A DNA stretch of 64,000 bases from Candidatus Latescibacterota bacterium. GTDB lineage: Bacteria > Latescibacterota > UBA2968 > UBA8231. Shown piece after piece: positions 1 through 11,064 of this stretch (its first letter is position 1; every line of letters starts with the position of its first letter). Both the position numbers and the translations under genes were made by a program. A model generated the notes under the pieces. That model worked only from the letters and a program-made list of their open reading frames with translations. It was not told the DNA's origin and ran no database searches. The DNA lies in contig OY730476.1 in NCBI GenBank assembly GCA_963422735.1, positions 4,416,001-4,480,000 of the forward strand. The letters run 5' to 3'.

Positions 1-2
1 AG

Positions 3-449
3 GCGCAAGCAACTGACCTCAGCAAAAGTTTCGGTATTGGAGTTCAGGGAACTACACCTGCATTTGGTGGAATTAGTTTTCGCTATACCGGACTGGCGCC
101 CGTATATCTGCAAGCCGTTGGACGTTTTATTCTCAGGGATCAGGATAGCGACCACATGTTAGGTGCTGGTATTTCATATGCTATATTCGAGCACCAAAAC
201 AAACAGAACATAGCCCGACTTTACTTCACCTTAGAAGGTGGCTGGCGATATAAAGAAAAGCAGAATCTCCGTACCACAACGCTAGGAGCTGGACTCGCTT
301 TTGGAGGCGAGCTGGTGTTTTCACTTGGGGGAATTCCACTCGGCTTAAACGTGGAAATCGGTCAAGGGTTTGGCAGAGAAAAAGCCAGGTCTCAATCTAA
401 GGGTCTTGCTGGCGTTTACGTAGGATCGGGCATACATGCCTATTTTTAA
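3..449 (+). CDS. Outer-membrane beta-barrel-like protein, 5' end outside window
   Basis: Frame open from nt 3 (AQATDLSKSFGIGVQG...); amphipathic Gly/aromatic strands; C-terminal GIHAYF. Confidence 0.55.
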   Translation, partial: AQATDLSKSFGIGVQGTTPAFGGISFRYTGLAPVYLQAVGRFILRDQDSDHMLGAGISYAIFEHQNKQNIARLYFTLEGGWRYKEKQNLRTTTLGAGLAFGGELVFSLGGIPLGLNVEIGQGFGREKARSQSKGLAGVYVGSGIHAYF

Positions 450-2067
450 CTCTCTTTCGCAGTGCCTGTTCTCCATGCTGGTTTTTGGAGTATGCCTATC
501 GAGCTTCGCGATGCCTGCCGCCGCGGAATTCACTTTCGAGCAGTACGAGGTCGTCACCAGCTCGGCGAAACGCCAGACCGTTTTGACGGGATTTCTTCTC
601 GGTGGCGCTAGCGCGGAATTGGCCGTGGTGAGCATCGACGACAACGGCGACCGCCGCTTGCGCATCTACGCGTTCGGCGACGGCACCTCGGTGCCGATAC
701 TCGACGCAACGCTGCGTCCCGAAGTGTTGTTTGTCGATGTGGCCAATATCGGCGGACGCGACCGCCTGATTGCGTACGAGCCCGATCGTCTGAACTGGTT
801 CGAGCCCGAATCGGCGACGGAACATGCGCTGGTGGCGGTGACTTCCAACTTCGACCCGCCTCGCAGAGACGAAATCCCCCACGTAGACGTCACTCGGGAC
901 GTGAACGCCGACGACCACGACGATCTGGTGGTGCCGGACGTCGATGGCTTCTGGGTGTTCATCCAGGGGAACGACGGCACGTTCGCGGATCCGGTGCAGC
1001 TCGGGCCCCCCACCGACATGAGTGGGATCTACGGAGCCGACGGATATCGGTACGACCCTTGGTCTCAGGGCCGTGTCCACCAGATGGACTACAACCGAGA
1101 TGGTCGCAGCGACCTAGTGTTCTGGAACGAGGACCACTTTGAGGTTCACACCCAAGACGAGCGTGGGCTGTTTGCCCCGGTGGCCAAGATCTTCACTACC
1201 GATGTGGCATTCGACTCCGACGATCTCTCCTCGCTTGCCGCGGGAGACATGCAGGGGAAGGTACTGCACTCGTTAGCCGACCTGAACGGCGATGGCGTCG
1301 CCGACTTGGTGGTTGTCTCGTTAGAGGGCAGGAGCATTTCCGAAAAAAGTTCCGCCTACGAGGTACATTTCGGCGCGCCAACGCCCGATGGTGGCACCAT
1401 GTTCGCACGGAGCGTCGACATCGCGTTCCAGTCGGACGACAGGATCCAGCTCGGGATGGACCGGCACGACTTCGATCGCGACGGCCAGGTCGACTTGATG
1501 CTCACAACCATCGAACTCAAGTTCCTCAAGGGCAGCCTTTGGAAGACCATCAAAGGGTTCATGGGCGATGACATCCGGTTGGCTCTCGAGTTCTACCGCG
1601 AGGAGAGGGGGCACTACCCCGACACACCAAACGCCATCCGCACCATCGCGCTGGACGGTGTGCCCAGCCATCGCGAGCCGGGGTCGGTGTCCTTGGACAT
1701 CGTGCTTCGAGGGGCGACGCACGAACGCCGAAAGACACAAAAGAGTTGGCCGCGCGCGTTCAACTCGACCTTACTCATCGGGGATGTGACAGGCGACGGC
1801 CGCTCAGATCTGATCATCGGGCAGCACCCTAGGCACTTGGCCGTCTTTGTCGGCGTACCGGGGCCGGGCCTGTTCTCCCGGCGGCCTCAAGACGTTGCGG
1901 TCGCCGTGCCCAACGACGAGGAATACACTTGGCTGGTGGATCTCAACCGGGACGGCAAGCAGGATATCCTCATGCACCACCCGTTTACTCTGCGAGATGC
2001 ACACGGGGCCCCGAAACGGCCGCCAGGAACCGAGCCGCACCAAGTGACAGTGCTGATCGCCCGCTGA
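436..2067 (+). CDS. Secreted FG-GAP/VCBS repeat protein
   Basis: Signal peptide; repeated DxNxDGxxDL motifs (DYNRDGRSDL, DLNGDGVADL, DFDRDGQVDL, DVTGDGRSDL, DLNRDGKQDI). Confidence 0.85.
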   Translation: MPIFNSLSQCLFSMLVFGVCLSSFAMPAAAEFTFEQYEVVTSSAKRQTVLTGFLLGGASAELAVVSIDDNGDRRLRIYAFGDGTSVPILDATLRPEVLFVDVANIGGRDRLIAYEPDRLNWFEPESATEHALVAVTSNFDPPRRDEIPHVDVTRDVNADDHDDLVVPDVDGFWVFIQGNDGTFADPVQLGPPTDMSGIYGADGYRYDPWSQGRVHQMDYNRDGRSDLVFWNEDHFEVHTQDERGLFAPVAKIFTTDVAFDSDDLSSLAAGDMQGKVLHSLADLNGDGVADLVVVSLEGRSISEKSSAYEVHFGAPTPDGGTMFARSVDIAFQSDDRIQLGMDRHDFDRDGQVDLMLTTIELKFLKGSLWKTIKGFMGDDIRLALEFYREERGHYPDTPNAIRTIALDGVPSHREPGSVSLDIVLRGATHERRKTQKSWPRAFNSTLLIGDVTGDGRSDLIIGQHPRHLAVFVGVPGPGLFSRRPQDVAVAVPNDEEYTWLVDLNRDGKQDILMHHPFTLRDAHGAPKRPPGTEPHQVTVLIAR

Positions 2068-2229
2068 GCAAAAGAGAACTTATTCACTGAAATCGAATAG
2101 AAAGCGACTCATGTACCTCCTCGAGTTTGTCGTGCCCGGTAGCCTTTTCGCAGCAGAGGAGAACGACCTTTTCGCCCAGACAGCGGTGGGTGGTTTATCC
2201 AGTTTCAACCAATCCACCAGGCCTCGACT

Positions 2230-3438
2230 CTAAGGCCGCACCACGCTGCCGTCGGCCCGGCGATCCTCGGCTGCGTAAAAGGCGCGCACCTGATCCCCGA
2301 CCAACAGCTTCTGCGCTTTCTCTTCGTCGATGTCGATCCCCAGCCCTGGCTGGTTGTTGGGATACATGTAGCCTCCTTCCATGGTCGCGTGCCCGGGAAA
2401 CGCCTTCAACTCTTCTGGGCTGAAACCATTCTCCTCCTGAATCCCAAAGCTGTAGCTCGTCATATCGAGGTGCATGGCCGCCGCTTGGTTGACCGGATCG
2501 TTGTCCCCGCCCTCCTGCCAAGCCGTCTGCACGCCGTAAAACTCGCAGAGCGCGGCGATTTTGCGGCAGGGGGTGATGCCGCCGCCTTTGGCCACTCGCA
2601 CGCGGACGTAGTCGATGAGGCGCTCGCTGATCAGGGGCAGGTATTCGTGGACATTGACGAATAGCTCGCCCATGGCCTGCGGAGTGGTGCATTGCTGGCG
2701 CATGAGCCGGTACCAGCCGATCTGCTCTGGCGCGAGCGCGTCTTCAAGGAAAAACAGCCGATAAGGTTCCAGCCGCTTGGCCAGTGCCACCGCGATTTGG
2801 GGTTTGAGATGCTCGTGGACGTCGTGGGTGAGCTTGGGGCCAAAACCGAGCTTGTTGCGCAAGTACTCGAACATCGCGGGAATAGCCTCTAGATAGGCTT
2901 CGTCGTCAAAGGCCGGTGTCGTCGACCAAGCGTTGCGCGGCTTGATCGCATTTTCCACGAACCCGCCGCCGCCATAGCCACCGAGTTGACAGCGGATTAC
3001 CGGCCAGCCTTCGTCGATATAGTGCTGTACGTCATCGGCGAGTGCCGCGTGGTCGCCGCCGCCAGCGTGGGCATAGCAGGGGACCGCCGCGCGGCAGGCT
3101 CCGCCTAGCAGCTCGTACACCGGCATCCCGGCCTCCTTGCCCTTGATGTCCCATAGGGCCATGTCAATGCCACCCAGCGCGGCGTTGAGGATGGAGCCGC
3201 TGCGCCAGTAGCCGCTGTTGTACACGCATTGCCAGATGTCTTCGATGCGGCTGGCCTCGCGGCCAATCAGCAGCGGCCCCAAGCTCTCTTCGAGGGCCGT
3301 GGCGACGGTGGCGGCGTGGTTGTGCTCGCTGGCCGAGCCGATGCCGTAGAGGCCGGGCTGGTCGGTGATGATTTTGACGATGACCCAGGTGCCGTTCTGG
3401 CGGGTGCGGATGCAGCGGACTTCCTTGATTTTGGCCAT
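2230..3438 (-). CDS. Mandelate racemase/enolase-superfamily dehydratase (RspA/ManD-like)
   Basis: DMALWDIKGK, HDVHE, FFLED, MGELF, GLGIDIDE, DGSVVRP. Confidence 0.9.
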   Translation of the reverse strand: MAKIKEVRCIRTRQNGTWVIVKIITDQPGLYGIGSASEHNHAATVATALEESLGPLLIGREASRIEDIWQCVYNSGYWRSGSILNAALGGIDMALWDIKGKEAGMPVYELLGGACRAAVPCYAHAGGGDHAALADDVQHYIDEGWPVIRCQLGGYGGGGFVENAIKPRNAWSTTPAFDDEAYLEAIPAMFEYLRNKLGFGPKLTHDVHEHLKPQIAVALAKRLEPYRLFFLEDALAPEQIGWYRLMRQQCTTPQAMGELFVNVHEYLPLISERLIDYVRVRVAKGGGITPCRKIAALCEFYGVQTAWQEGGDNDPVNQAAAMHLDMTSYSFGIQEENGFSPEELKAFPGHATMEGGYMYPNNQPGLGIDIDEEKAQKLLVGDQVRAFYAAEDRRADGSVVRP

Positions 3439-3598
3439 TGGCCTTCTCCTTGCGCGAGTTTGAGATTAGAGTACTCTATGGATCGGTTGCCGTCGCAGCG
3501 ACTGGGATAGGTAGTACCGAGCGTTAGAAACTAAAAATGACATCGGCAGACTACTGCATCAACCACCTCGGCCCCGAGGTGGTGAAAGTGTTTTGCAA

Positions 3599-5278
3599 AT
3601 GAACTTCAATACCACCAACAGCACGTTTCGCCAGTTGATGGGCAATGGGATGAGTTATCGCGTACCGCTGTTCCAACGCGACTATTCTTGGGCTCCCGAC
3701 GAATGGGATGACCTGTGGCAGGACCTTGTTGCGCTGTTCGGCGAGGACCCAGAACCCGCTCATTACATGGGTTATCTAGTACTGCAATCGGCGGACAACA
3801 GGGCGTTCGACATCATCGATGGACAGCAGCGCATGACCACGCTGAGTCTGCTGATGCTGGCGGCCGTGGCGCATCTGACGGACTTGGCCGCGCCGGCGGA
3901 CCCGGCGGACCCACAACATCGGCGCGCTGAGCAGTTGCGTAGCAATTATATCGGCTATTTGGACCCAGTGAGCCTAATGCCGCGCTCCAAACTGACGCTG
4001 AATCGGCACAATGATAGCTTTTACCAGAATTACCTAGTCCCCTTGGAGAGTCTGCCGCAAAGAGGATTGAACCCATCGGAACATCTCCTGCGCCGGGCGT
4101 TTCTCTGGTTCAGAGATCGCATCAAGGACCGAGCAGGGGACGACGGTGAGTCGGTGGCGCGCTTTGTCGATGTCGCGGTGGATAAGTTGTTTTTTACGAT
4201 CATCACCGTGACCGACGAATTAAATGCCTTCAAAGTGTTTGAGACCCTGAATGCTCGCGGCGTGCGCTTGTCTGCCACCGACTTGCTGAAGAATTACCTG
4301 TTTTCCGTTGTTTCGCATGATAATGCGCACGAATCGGATATCAACAACTTGGAGGACCGCTGGGAGAGTATAGTCGGGCTGCTGGGCAGTGAGAGCTTTC
4401 CCGAGTTTTTGCGGGTTTTCTGGAACAGCCGCAACAGGCTGGTGCGCAAGGCGGACTTGTTCAAAACCATGCGCAGTGCCATCGGCGATAGAGCCAGTGT
4501 GTTTCAATTGATCCGCAATATGGACAGGTACGCACGGGTATATTCGGCCCTGTGCCGCCCGGAAGATGGCTCTTGGGCAGCCGAGGAGCGCGCAAGTCTG
4601 GCCCAGCGTCAGCCTTTAGCATTATTGTTGGCGGCGTTTGAGCAATTCGAGGAACGCGACCGCGCCGGCTTTGGACGTTTCTTGCGGGCTATCGCGGTAG
4701 TATCGTTTCGGTATAACGTGATTTGTGGCCGCCAAAGCAACGAGCTGGAGGTTGCGTATAACCAGATTGCCCGCGAGCTATCGACAGGTGAAATTGTCAG
4801 CGCGAAAGCAGCAATTGCAAAGCTGCGGCCAGTCTATCCCAATGACGCGGAATTCAGGGCGGCGTTTGCAGGCAAGGCACTGAGAACAACCAGTTCCCGC
4901 AACAATAAAGTCGTGCGCTTTATACTATTTCGGCTCGAAGCGCAGTTGTCGAGGCAGCCCCTTGAATTCGAGAGCGCGAAGTATGGCATTGAACATGTGC
5001 TGCCAGAAAATCCAAGTGCCGACTGGCACCAGTTCAGCGATCAACAGCGGGAGGCTTTTACCTATCGTCTAGGTAAAATGACTCTCTTGACGACCGCAGA
5101 CAATAGCGATCTGGGCAACTCGGGATACGCCGCAAAGCGATTGAGTTACCAAAAGAGCGACTTCGCAATAACGCGCAAGCTGGCAGAAGAATTTGATGAT
5201 TGGACCGTGGAGAAGCTCCGCTCACACCAAATCTGGATGGCAAAGCAAGCCACGGGCATCTGGCGGGTCAGTTTCTGA
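3599..5278 (+). CDS. DUF262-DUF1524 (GmrSD-like) modification-dependent nuclease, possibly degenerate
   Basis: FQRDYSW, IIDGQQR, FETLNARG, IEHVLP. Confidence 0.9.
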   Translation: MNFNTTNSTFRQLMGNGMSYRVPLFQRDYSWAPDEWDDLWQDLVALFGEDPEPAHYMGYLVLQSADNRAFDIIDGQQRMTTLSLLMLAAVAHLTDLAAPADPADPQHRRAEQLRSNYIGYLDPVSLMPRSKLTLNRHNDSFYQNYLVPLESLPQRGLNPSEHLLRRAFLWFRDRIKDRAGDDGESVARFVDVAVDKLFFTIITVTDELNAFKVFETLNARGVRLSATDLLKNYLFSVVSHDNAHESDINNLEDRWESIVGLLGSESFPEFLRVFWNSRNRLVRKADLFKTMRSAIGDRASVFQLIRNMDRYARVYSALCRPEDGSWAAEERASLAQRQPLALLLAAFEQFEERDRAGFGRFLRAIAVVSFRYNVICGRQSNELEVAYNQIARELSTGEIVSAKAAIAKLRPVYPNDAEFRAAFAGKALRTTSSRNNKVVRFILFRLEAQLSRQPLEFESAKYGIEHVLPENPSADWHQFSDQQREAFTYRLGKMTLLTTADNSDLGNSGYAAKRLSYQKSDFAITRKLAEEFDDWTVEKLRSHQIWMAKQATGIWRVSF

Positions 5279-5339
5279 GCGAGCAAAATAAGCCCCATTG
5301 CGATGGGCGAAAAACCGCTTTTTACTGCGAGGATACTTA

Positions 5340-6104
5340 ATGAGTGCCTTCCAACCCTACGCTTCTTTAGAACGCTATATTGGCCGCCGCCTCTTGGCGC
5401 TGCTGGCCGCGCTGGCCCTAACCGACCTTGTGATTTTGCTGAGCGCGTCGCTGAGCACCGCCTTGATGAGCACGGCTTCCGGGACCGACGTGGTCCGCGC
5501 CCGCGCTATTGAAATCCTCAACGACGAGGGGCAACCCGTGCTCGTAGCTACGGCCGATGAGCGCCAAAACGGTGCTTTGTGGGTCGGGGCTGGCAATGGC
5601 CAGGGCGGGGTTAGTCTCAGTACCGACGCAGCCGGCCAAGGCTTGCTCGTGGTCAACACGGCGTCCGGCGCGCCGCTGGTCTCGGTTGTAAGCAGCGACC
5701 AAGAGGGAGGCGCGTTACAGGTGTACAGCGCCGCGGGCGATCAGTTGGCGTATCTAGGCGCGAGTGAGATCGGTAGCGGCCACTTGGCCCTGCGGAGCGC
5801 GTCCGGCAATTTGCTAGTCGCCGCGGGTGAAGACGAGGGCAGCGGCCTACTGATGGCCAACAATGCCAAGGGCGTCAACGTCTTTCTCGCCGGAGCCGAT
5901 TCGTCGCAAAACGGCGGCCTGTTGATCAACAGCTACACCGGCGACAACCTGATCTACGCGGGTGCGGGTGCTGGCGGCCACGGCGGTTTGCACGTCAACG
6001 CCGCGAATGGAACCCACCTCGTCTTCTTGGGGGCCGACGCACAGCGCAACGGCGCGGTGGGGATTTGGGACCGCAATGGCGCGGGTCGAGTCTTGCAGGA
6101 GTAG
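5340..6104 (+). CDS. Membrane-anchored hypothetical protein with ~22-aa Gly-rich repeats
   Basis: N-terminal hydrophobic helix, then repeated GxLxVxNxxGxxLV-like units. Confidence 0.7.
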   Translation: MSAFQPYASLERYIGRRLLALLAALALTDLVILLSASLSTALMSTASGTDVVRARAIEILNDEGQPVLVATADERQNGALWVGAGNGQGGVSLSTDAAGQGLLVVNTASGAPLVSVVSSDQEGGALQVYSAAGDQLAYLGASEIGSGHLALRSASGNLLVAAGEDEGSGLLMANNAKGVNVFLAGADSSQNGGLLINSYTGDNLIYAGAGAGGHGGLHVNAANGTHLVFLGADAQRNGAVGIWDRNGAGRVLQE

Positions 6105-6107
6105 CGT

Positions 6108-8501
6108 TTGAATCCACTGTGCAGAAGTGAGCAAACCACGGACTTTAGCGACCGACGCCTTGGGCGATCACCGCCGTCCGCGACCGTCTTCTGTGCGGTT
6201 GCCTGTGCCGTTCTCAGCGCGATTTGCTGGCTGCCTCTGGCGAGTGCCGACGAAATTCGCTTTGCCTCCCGCCGCGACTGGCAAGCCTGGCCGCTGCCCG
6301 GCACGGTTGAGTTGACCCCACAGGGTGCTCTCAAACCCGTCGCTATCCGCCGCGACATCAATGCCGCCCTCAATGCCGCGTCCTTTGGCGGCGGCATCCG
6401 CCGCGCTGGTTCCAACCTACGAGACGCGCCGCTGGTCATGGATGGCGACCGCTCCACTGGCTGGCATCCACATCTGGAAGATCCCCCCGCAAGCTGGACC
6501 CTTGAGGTCGATTTGGGCCGGGGCGTCTCCGCCCGCCGCGTCAAGCTGATCTTCGATCCTCAAGGCCCTGCTCCGTCGCTTTTTGACCTGCTGCTCTCCA
6601 CCGGCGAACACGCCGTTGACGAGGTCGATAATCCCATAGCTGGAACCGTCATCTACCGCTGGCGCGAGCGATTCAAGGAGAACGCCCGCCACGAGATTAC
6701 TTATGAACTCGACCAGCCTTTCCACACGCCAATCCAGTACGTGCGCTTGGACCTGCTCGCCCTCGAACCGAACACTCGTCTCCTCGAGATCGAGGTCGAA
6801 GCGCTGGGCGATAATCTGGCCTTGGGAATGCTCCAACGCGGCGGCAACCTCGAAGTGGTCCTCGACGCGTTCGTCACTCAAGACCTCATTCCGCTGGGCA
6901 ACGCCCAAGTGCTCATTGACGGCGATCTCTCCACCCGCTGGTTCGTGCGGCGCACCATCCAAGCCGAGCGCGATGTCTTTTCGCACATCATCCTCGACTT
7001 GGGTGCCACCTATTTTATCGACAAACTCAAAATCGTCGGCGGCGTAGTCGTCCGGCCCGGCGGCGGCATCACCGCTGGCAGCGGCCGAGTCATTGACTTC
7101 TTCATCACCCGGCGCTCCTTTGGGTTCAATTTCTACGAGGTGCTCGGTTCCGATGGCTCGGTGGCACCCGATGGCACCCTGATCTGGCAGAAGTACTATT
7201 CTGGCACTGCCAGCCAACACGTCAAAGAAGTAACCGGGGCCGCCACCCACGAGTTCGGGCTGGTACCCACTCGCTTTATCCGGGTGCTGTGGAAGAGCTG
7301 GGACGCGAGCAATCGCTGGGTCTTCCGGGGCTTTGCCGAGGAGCTTCAGGTGTTCGGCGAGGGCTTTCCGCAGAACCTAAAATTTCGCTCGCACATCATG
7401 GACTTCCACAGCCCCAAAAGCCTCAACGCCCTAACTTGGGAGGCCGACATCCCGCCGGGCACCCGACTGGAACTACGCAGCCGCTCCGGCAACGAAGTCG
7501 AAAACCTGCTCACCTATCGCGACAAAAACGGCAAGCAAGTCTCCAAGAGGCGCTATGACAAGCTGATTCCCAGCTTCAAAGGACCTATCGACACTTCCCA
7601 GGTCATCGGCGACGACTGGAGCGCGTGGAGCAAGCTCTACGCCTTCTCCGGCCAAGGGTTCCAGTCGCCCTCGCCGCGGCGCTACGCTCAGCTACAGATG
7701 CGGATGATCACCGCAGACCCATCGGTGGCACTCCAACTCGACGCGCTCAGCATTGCCTTCAGCGACCCTTTATCCCAACGCGCTGTGAGCGAAATTTTCC
7801 CGACCGAGGTTCTGCCGGGCGAGGAAACCGAGTTCCGCTTCTTCTTGCGCCCGCGTGGGACTAGGGCCTCCGGGTTCGACCGCCTCGTCTTGGAGACGCC
7901 GACGCCGACGCGCTTTATTCGCGCCTTGGTCAACGACGCGTCCTTAGAGGTCGCAGATCAGCCGGTCGAAGCTGGCTTTGCGGTGACCTTTCCCCAGCCC
8001 CTGCGCGACGACGATCTCGTCGAATTGCGCTTTGCCGCCCGGGTCTTCCAGCAGTCCACCCCCTTCGTCCTTTCTATCCAAGACGCTCGCACCGAGGACG
8101 CCAGCCGCCAGCGCGTCGATCCCGGGGATGCTACCGACCAAGTCGCCAGCAGCACCAACGTCGTCGGCCTTCCCGTCGCCCGCGACCTTCTGCTCAACAT
8201 CGTCTTCGACACTGAGGTGCTGACGCCCAACGGCGACGGCGTAAACGACGCATTAGCCATCCGCGCCGACGTGATCAACATCCTCGAACCGCGCCCTTGG
8301 CACCTGCGGCTCTACGACTTGGCCGGCCATGCGCTCGTCGAGCACTCCCAAGCTGTTACTGCGGGTGCCCAGCACTTCACTTGGGATGGCCGCGACCAAG
8401 CAGGACAACTGATGCCGCCCGGCCTCTACGTGCTCGAAATCCACCTCGATGGAGACGCGCATCAGCAGCGCGTCCGGCGCGTGGTCTCAGTGGTCTATTG
8501 A
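6108..8501 (+). CDS. Secreted protein with discoidin-like region and C-terminal FlgD-Ig-like domain; start uncertain
   Basis: Signal-like segment ending ASA; DGD..TGW...LEVDLG; C-terminal TPNGDGVND...WDGRDQAGQLMPPGLY...VVY. Confidence 0.8.
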   Translation: MNPLCRSEQTTDFSDRRLGRSPPSATVFCAVACAVLSAICWLPLASADEIRFASRRDWQAWPLPGTVELTPQGALKPVAIRRDINAALNAASFGGGIRRAGSNLRDAPLVMDGDRSTGWHPHLEDPPASWTLEVDLGRGVSARRVKLIFDPQGPAPSLFDLLLSTGEHAVDEVDNPIAGTVIYRWRERFKENARHEITYELDQPFHTPIQYVRLDLLALEPNTRLLEIEVEALGDNLALGMLQRGGNLEVVLDAFVTQDLIPLGNAQVLIDGDLSTRWFVRRTIQAERDVFSHIILDLGATYFIDKLKIVGGVVVRPGGGITAGSGRVIDFFITRRSFGFNFYEVLGSDGSVAPDGTLIWQKYYSGTASQHVKEVTGAATHEFGLVPTRFIRVLWKSWDASNRWVFRGFAEELQVFGEGFPQNLKFRSHIMDFHSPKSLNALTWEADIPPGTRLELRSRSGNEVENLLTYRDKNGKQVSKRRYDKLIPSFKGPIDTSQVIGDDWSAWSKLYAFSGQGFQSPSPRRYAQLQMRMITADPSVALQLDALSIAFSDPLSQRAVSEIFPTEVLPGEETEFRFFLRPRGTRASGFDRLVLETPTPTRFIRALVNDASLEVADQPVEAGFAVTFPQPLRDDDLVELRFAARVFQQSTPFVLSIQDARTEDASRQRVDPGDATDQVASSTNVVGLPVARDLLLNIVFDTEVLTPNGDGVNDALAIRADVINILEPRPWHLRLYDLAGHALVEHSQAVTAGAQHFTWDGRDQAGQLMPPGLYVLEIHLDGDAHQQRVRRVVSVVY

Positions 8502-8600
8502 AGCTCTATTCTGGCGAATAGGTAGGCACTAATCTGCGTGATCGTGAGCCACTGCCCGGCACCCAAAGGGCCGGGGTTGATACTAAACCGCAGAGAAGGG

Positions 8601-8768
8601 AAGGACTGTTTGATCAGTGATCCGTTCCATCCGCCCCCTTGGCGGTGGGTACCCGGCGACGGGCCCCGGAACATTGACGCGGGGGACCGCGCGGGCCCGG
8701 ACGAGGGCTACGGGCCAGCCGAGTGAAACTGAAACCTGAATTCCCAACCGTAAACTAGGAAATTCCGT
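8601..8768 (-). mobile_element. MITE-like family A, copy 1 (reverse orientation, one TIR missing)
   Basis: Reverse complement matches 35658-35855 and 43774-43984; ends CTAGGAAATTCCGT. Confidence 0.85.
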
Positions 8769-9100
8769 GGGACGAAAATGTACATGGAATCGTCTTACGG
8801 GAGTGCATGGCTTAGAGGTTTGTTCGTAGGAGCCCACCTAAACAAAAATTTCATGGTAAGCGTTAGATTTGCTCCCTCCGTTTACAAAATCCACCACAGA
8901 TACGGGGATGAAGAGAGAAATAGTTTATTCATTAGTAAGCCAAATCTGGGAAGGGATGACTGCGGCATTACCAATCGCCAGCAGTACGGCAACAGAGGTG
9001 AGGAACGGACTGGTTCGCCAAATAAACGCCAGCAAACGTGGCAGGAGACTCACAAGGGTAGATAGCCGACTTATCCGTCACTCACACCTAATGACCGCCC

Positions 9101-11064
9101 TCAGTACAAGTAGCAGTCGGCGACGCATTGGACGATCTCCGCCACGGTCGTCTCCGTGCCCTTAATAGCATCGTGTACCCGGTAGTGCCACGGCTCACTC
9201 CCCAACCCAGCGCGCCAATCTCGAATGGCCTCGATATTGTCCTCGCCCGCCTTTTGCAACTGATTGAGACGGCCGCGCACCAGAGCTTGATTTTCCACAT
9301 CCGCTAGGTCGAGAGTGGCCATTTGTTCGGCGACCCAATAGACGCCGCGTGCCAATTCCACATAGGACTGCACTACCCGCGTCTCGTGGGCCAGATCCGC
9401 TTCCCCAAGCCCCTCGACAATTTTCAAGGCCCGGTCGCAGATCGCGGCTTTGGCGTCGAAGTCTTCGACCGTGAGATAATAGCGGAACATGCCCTCGCCC
9501 AAATAGGGCCGCTGCCGCTGCCGCACCATCTGTGCGGCTTTGCCCCAAGAATAGCATATCGGGAAATCGGAATCGTACACGTCGAATTCCACCGGCCCCA
9601 TCAAGGTGGCCCACTCGGCCACAGCCTCTGGATGGGCATAGCCTTCCTGCCGGGCCCATGCCAAGGCGAATTCCGCCTCGTCGCGGCCTTGCGCGTTCCA
9701 AGTCCACTCGGCCAAGGCGTGGATATGAAGCTGCAAATCTGGCGCTCTGGACCGCCCCACGCCATCATGCCATAAGCCCCACTATAGCCCCGCCGCACCA
9801 GTTGGCCGATGTAGTCCCGCAAGCGGTGGGCCGAGCGCTGCGGCACCTTGAACTCGGGCGTATCCACTTTGCCGTTGGCCGCAATAGGCACATCGTAACT
9901 GGCGATCCAGCGCCCTTCAGCCGCATAGTGGTCCAGCAGCGGATTGGCCATTAAATCGCGAGGCCGATGCAGTACGCGCTCCAACTCGGTGGCGCAGGCC
10001 CGCTCAATTTTTACCTCTGGCGGCAATTCGTCCAGCACTCGATAGTTGTGCACGGTGGTGGTGGTCGATAAAAAGATGCGAATCTGCAAATTGGGATAGT
10101 GCTTTTGGGCCCGCCGCCAAGCCGCGACAAAAGCCCGCGCCTCCAGTGCGAACTGCCCCACCGCAGTGCATTCCAGACAGCCGCACTGCCCCGGCCGTTC
10201 GCTCAACCAGCAGCTTATTTCCCCGGCCCCCTGCCCGGCGATATCCTCCATCCACTCTTGCAGAATTTGCACCAATAGCGGCTGCGAAGCGCAGGGAACC
10301 CGGTGCTGATTGCCTGCCTTGTGGGCGAAATAGCGCCCGGTCAAAGCCCCATCTTTCTTGCCAGCTAGTTCGGGATAGGCCCTGAAAAGGCCGCAGTCGT
10401 GCAGGAAGTTGAGGTGCAGGATATAGGGTAGATAATTGAAAGCCCGCTGCCGCGCTGCTTCGAACTGTTCCCGGTCGATAGTGGCCCGGTTGCGCTGACC
10501 GCGTTCAATGGGGTGCAGTTGCGTCGAGGCCATTTTGCCGTAGTTCAATTTGAGCTTGGCCAGCCACGGGATCCAAGTTTCGGGCTCGGGAAAATTCCAC
10601 AGGCCCCGCTCGTCCACATCGGGCCAGTCGATCACCTGTGCTAGGGGGATGTGCACCTGCTCCCGGCTCATTTCGGGCTCGAGCAATTGGAAAAGGGTCC
10701 GGCAGGCGTAGTACGCGCCGCGCTCGTCTGAGCTTGTCAGCACCAGCCCGTTTCGCCCCCGTGGCTCAATGAGGTATGCTTGGGCTTTATTCTTTAAGCT
10801 CTGGAGCCGTTCAATGGCCCCGCTGTTCGCCGGAGCCACGCCAATATCGATGGTAAAGGCCTCACCGTTTGGCTTTGCTTTTCCCTTTTCAATGAACAGT
10901 GCTTCCAACTCGGCGGCACCCTGCTGCTCGATTAGCCCCGCGTGCTCCCGCAGCGCAATGCCCACTTCGCCCGGCCTACAGCGGACACTGTCGGCAATGC
11001 GAATCTCGTGAGGCAAGGGCAGCAGATAGGATGTCCACAATTGCATTGGCTTAGCCTCAGTCAT
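9101..11064 (-). pseudogene. GH20 domain-2-like protein split by one frameshift near 9725
   Basis: LLPLP...AYLI...GAYYACRTLFQL...IDWPDVDERG; frame switches at ICSF/IHALAEWTWN. Confidence 0.7.

Noticed and set aside
8538-9165. Short ORFs over and next to MITE-A copy 1
   Set aside because: Overlap the repeat or AT-richer debris; no recognisable motifs
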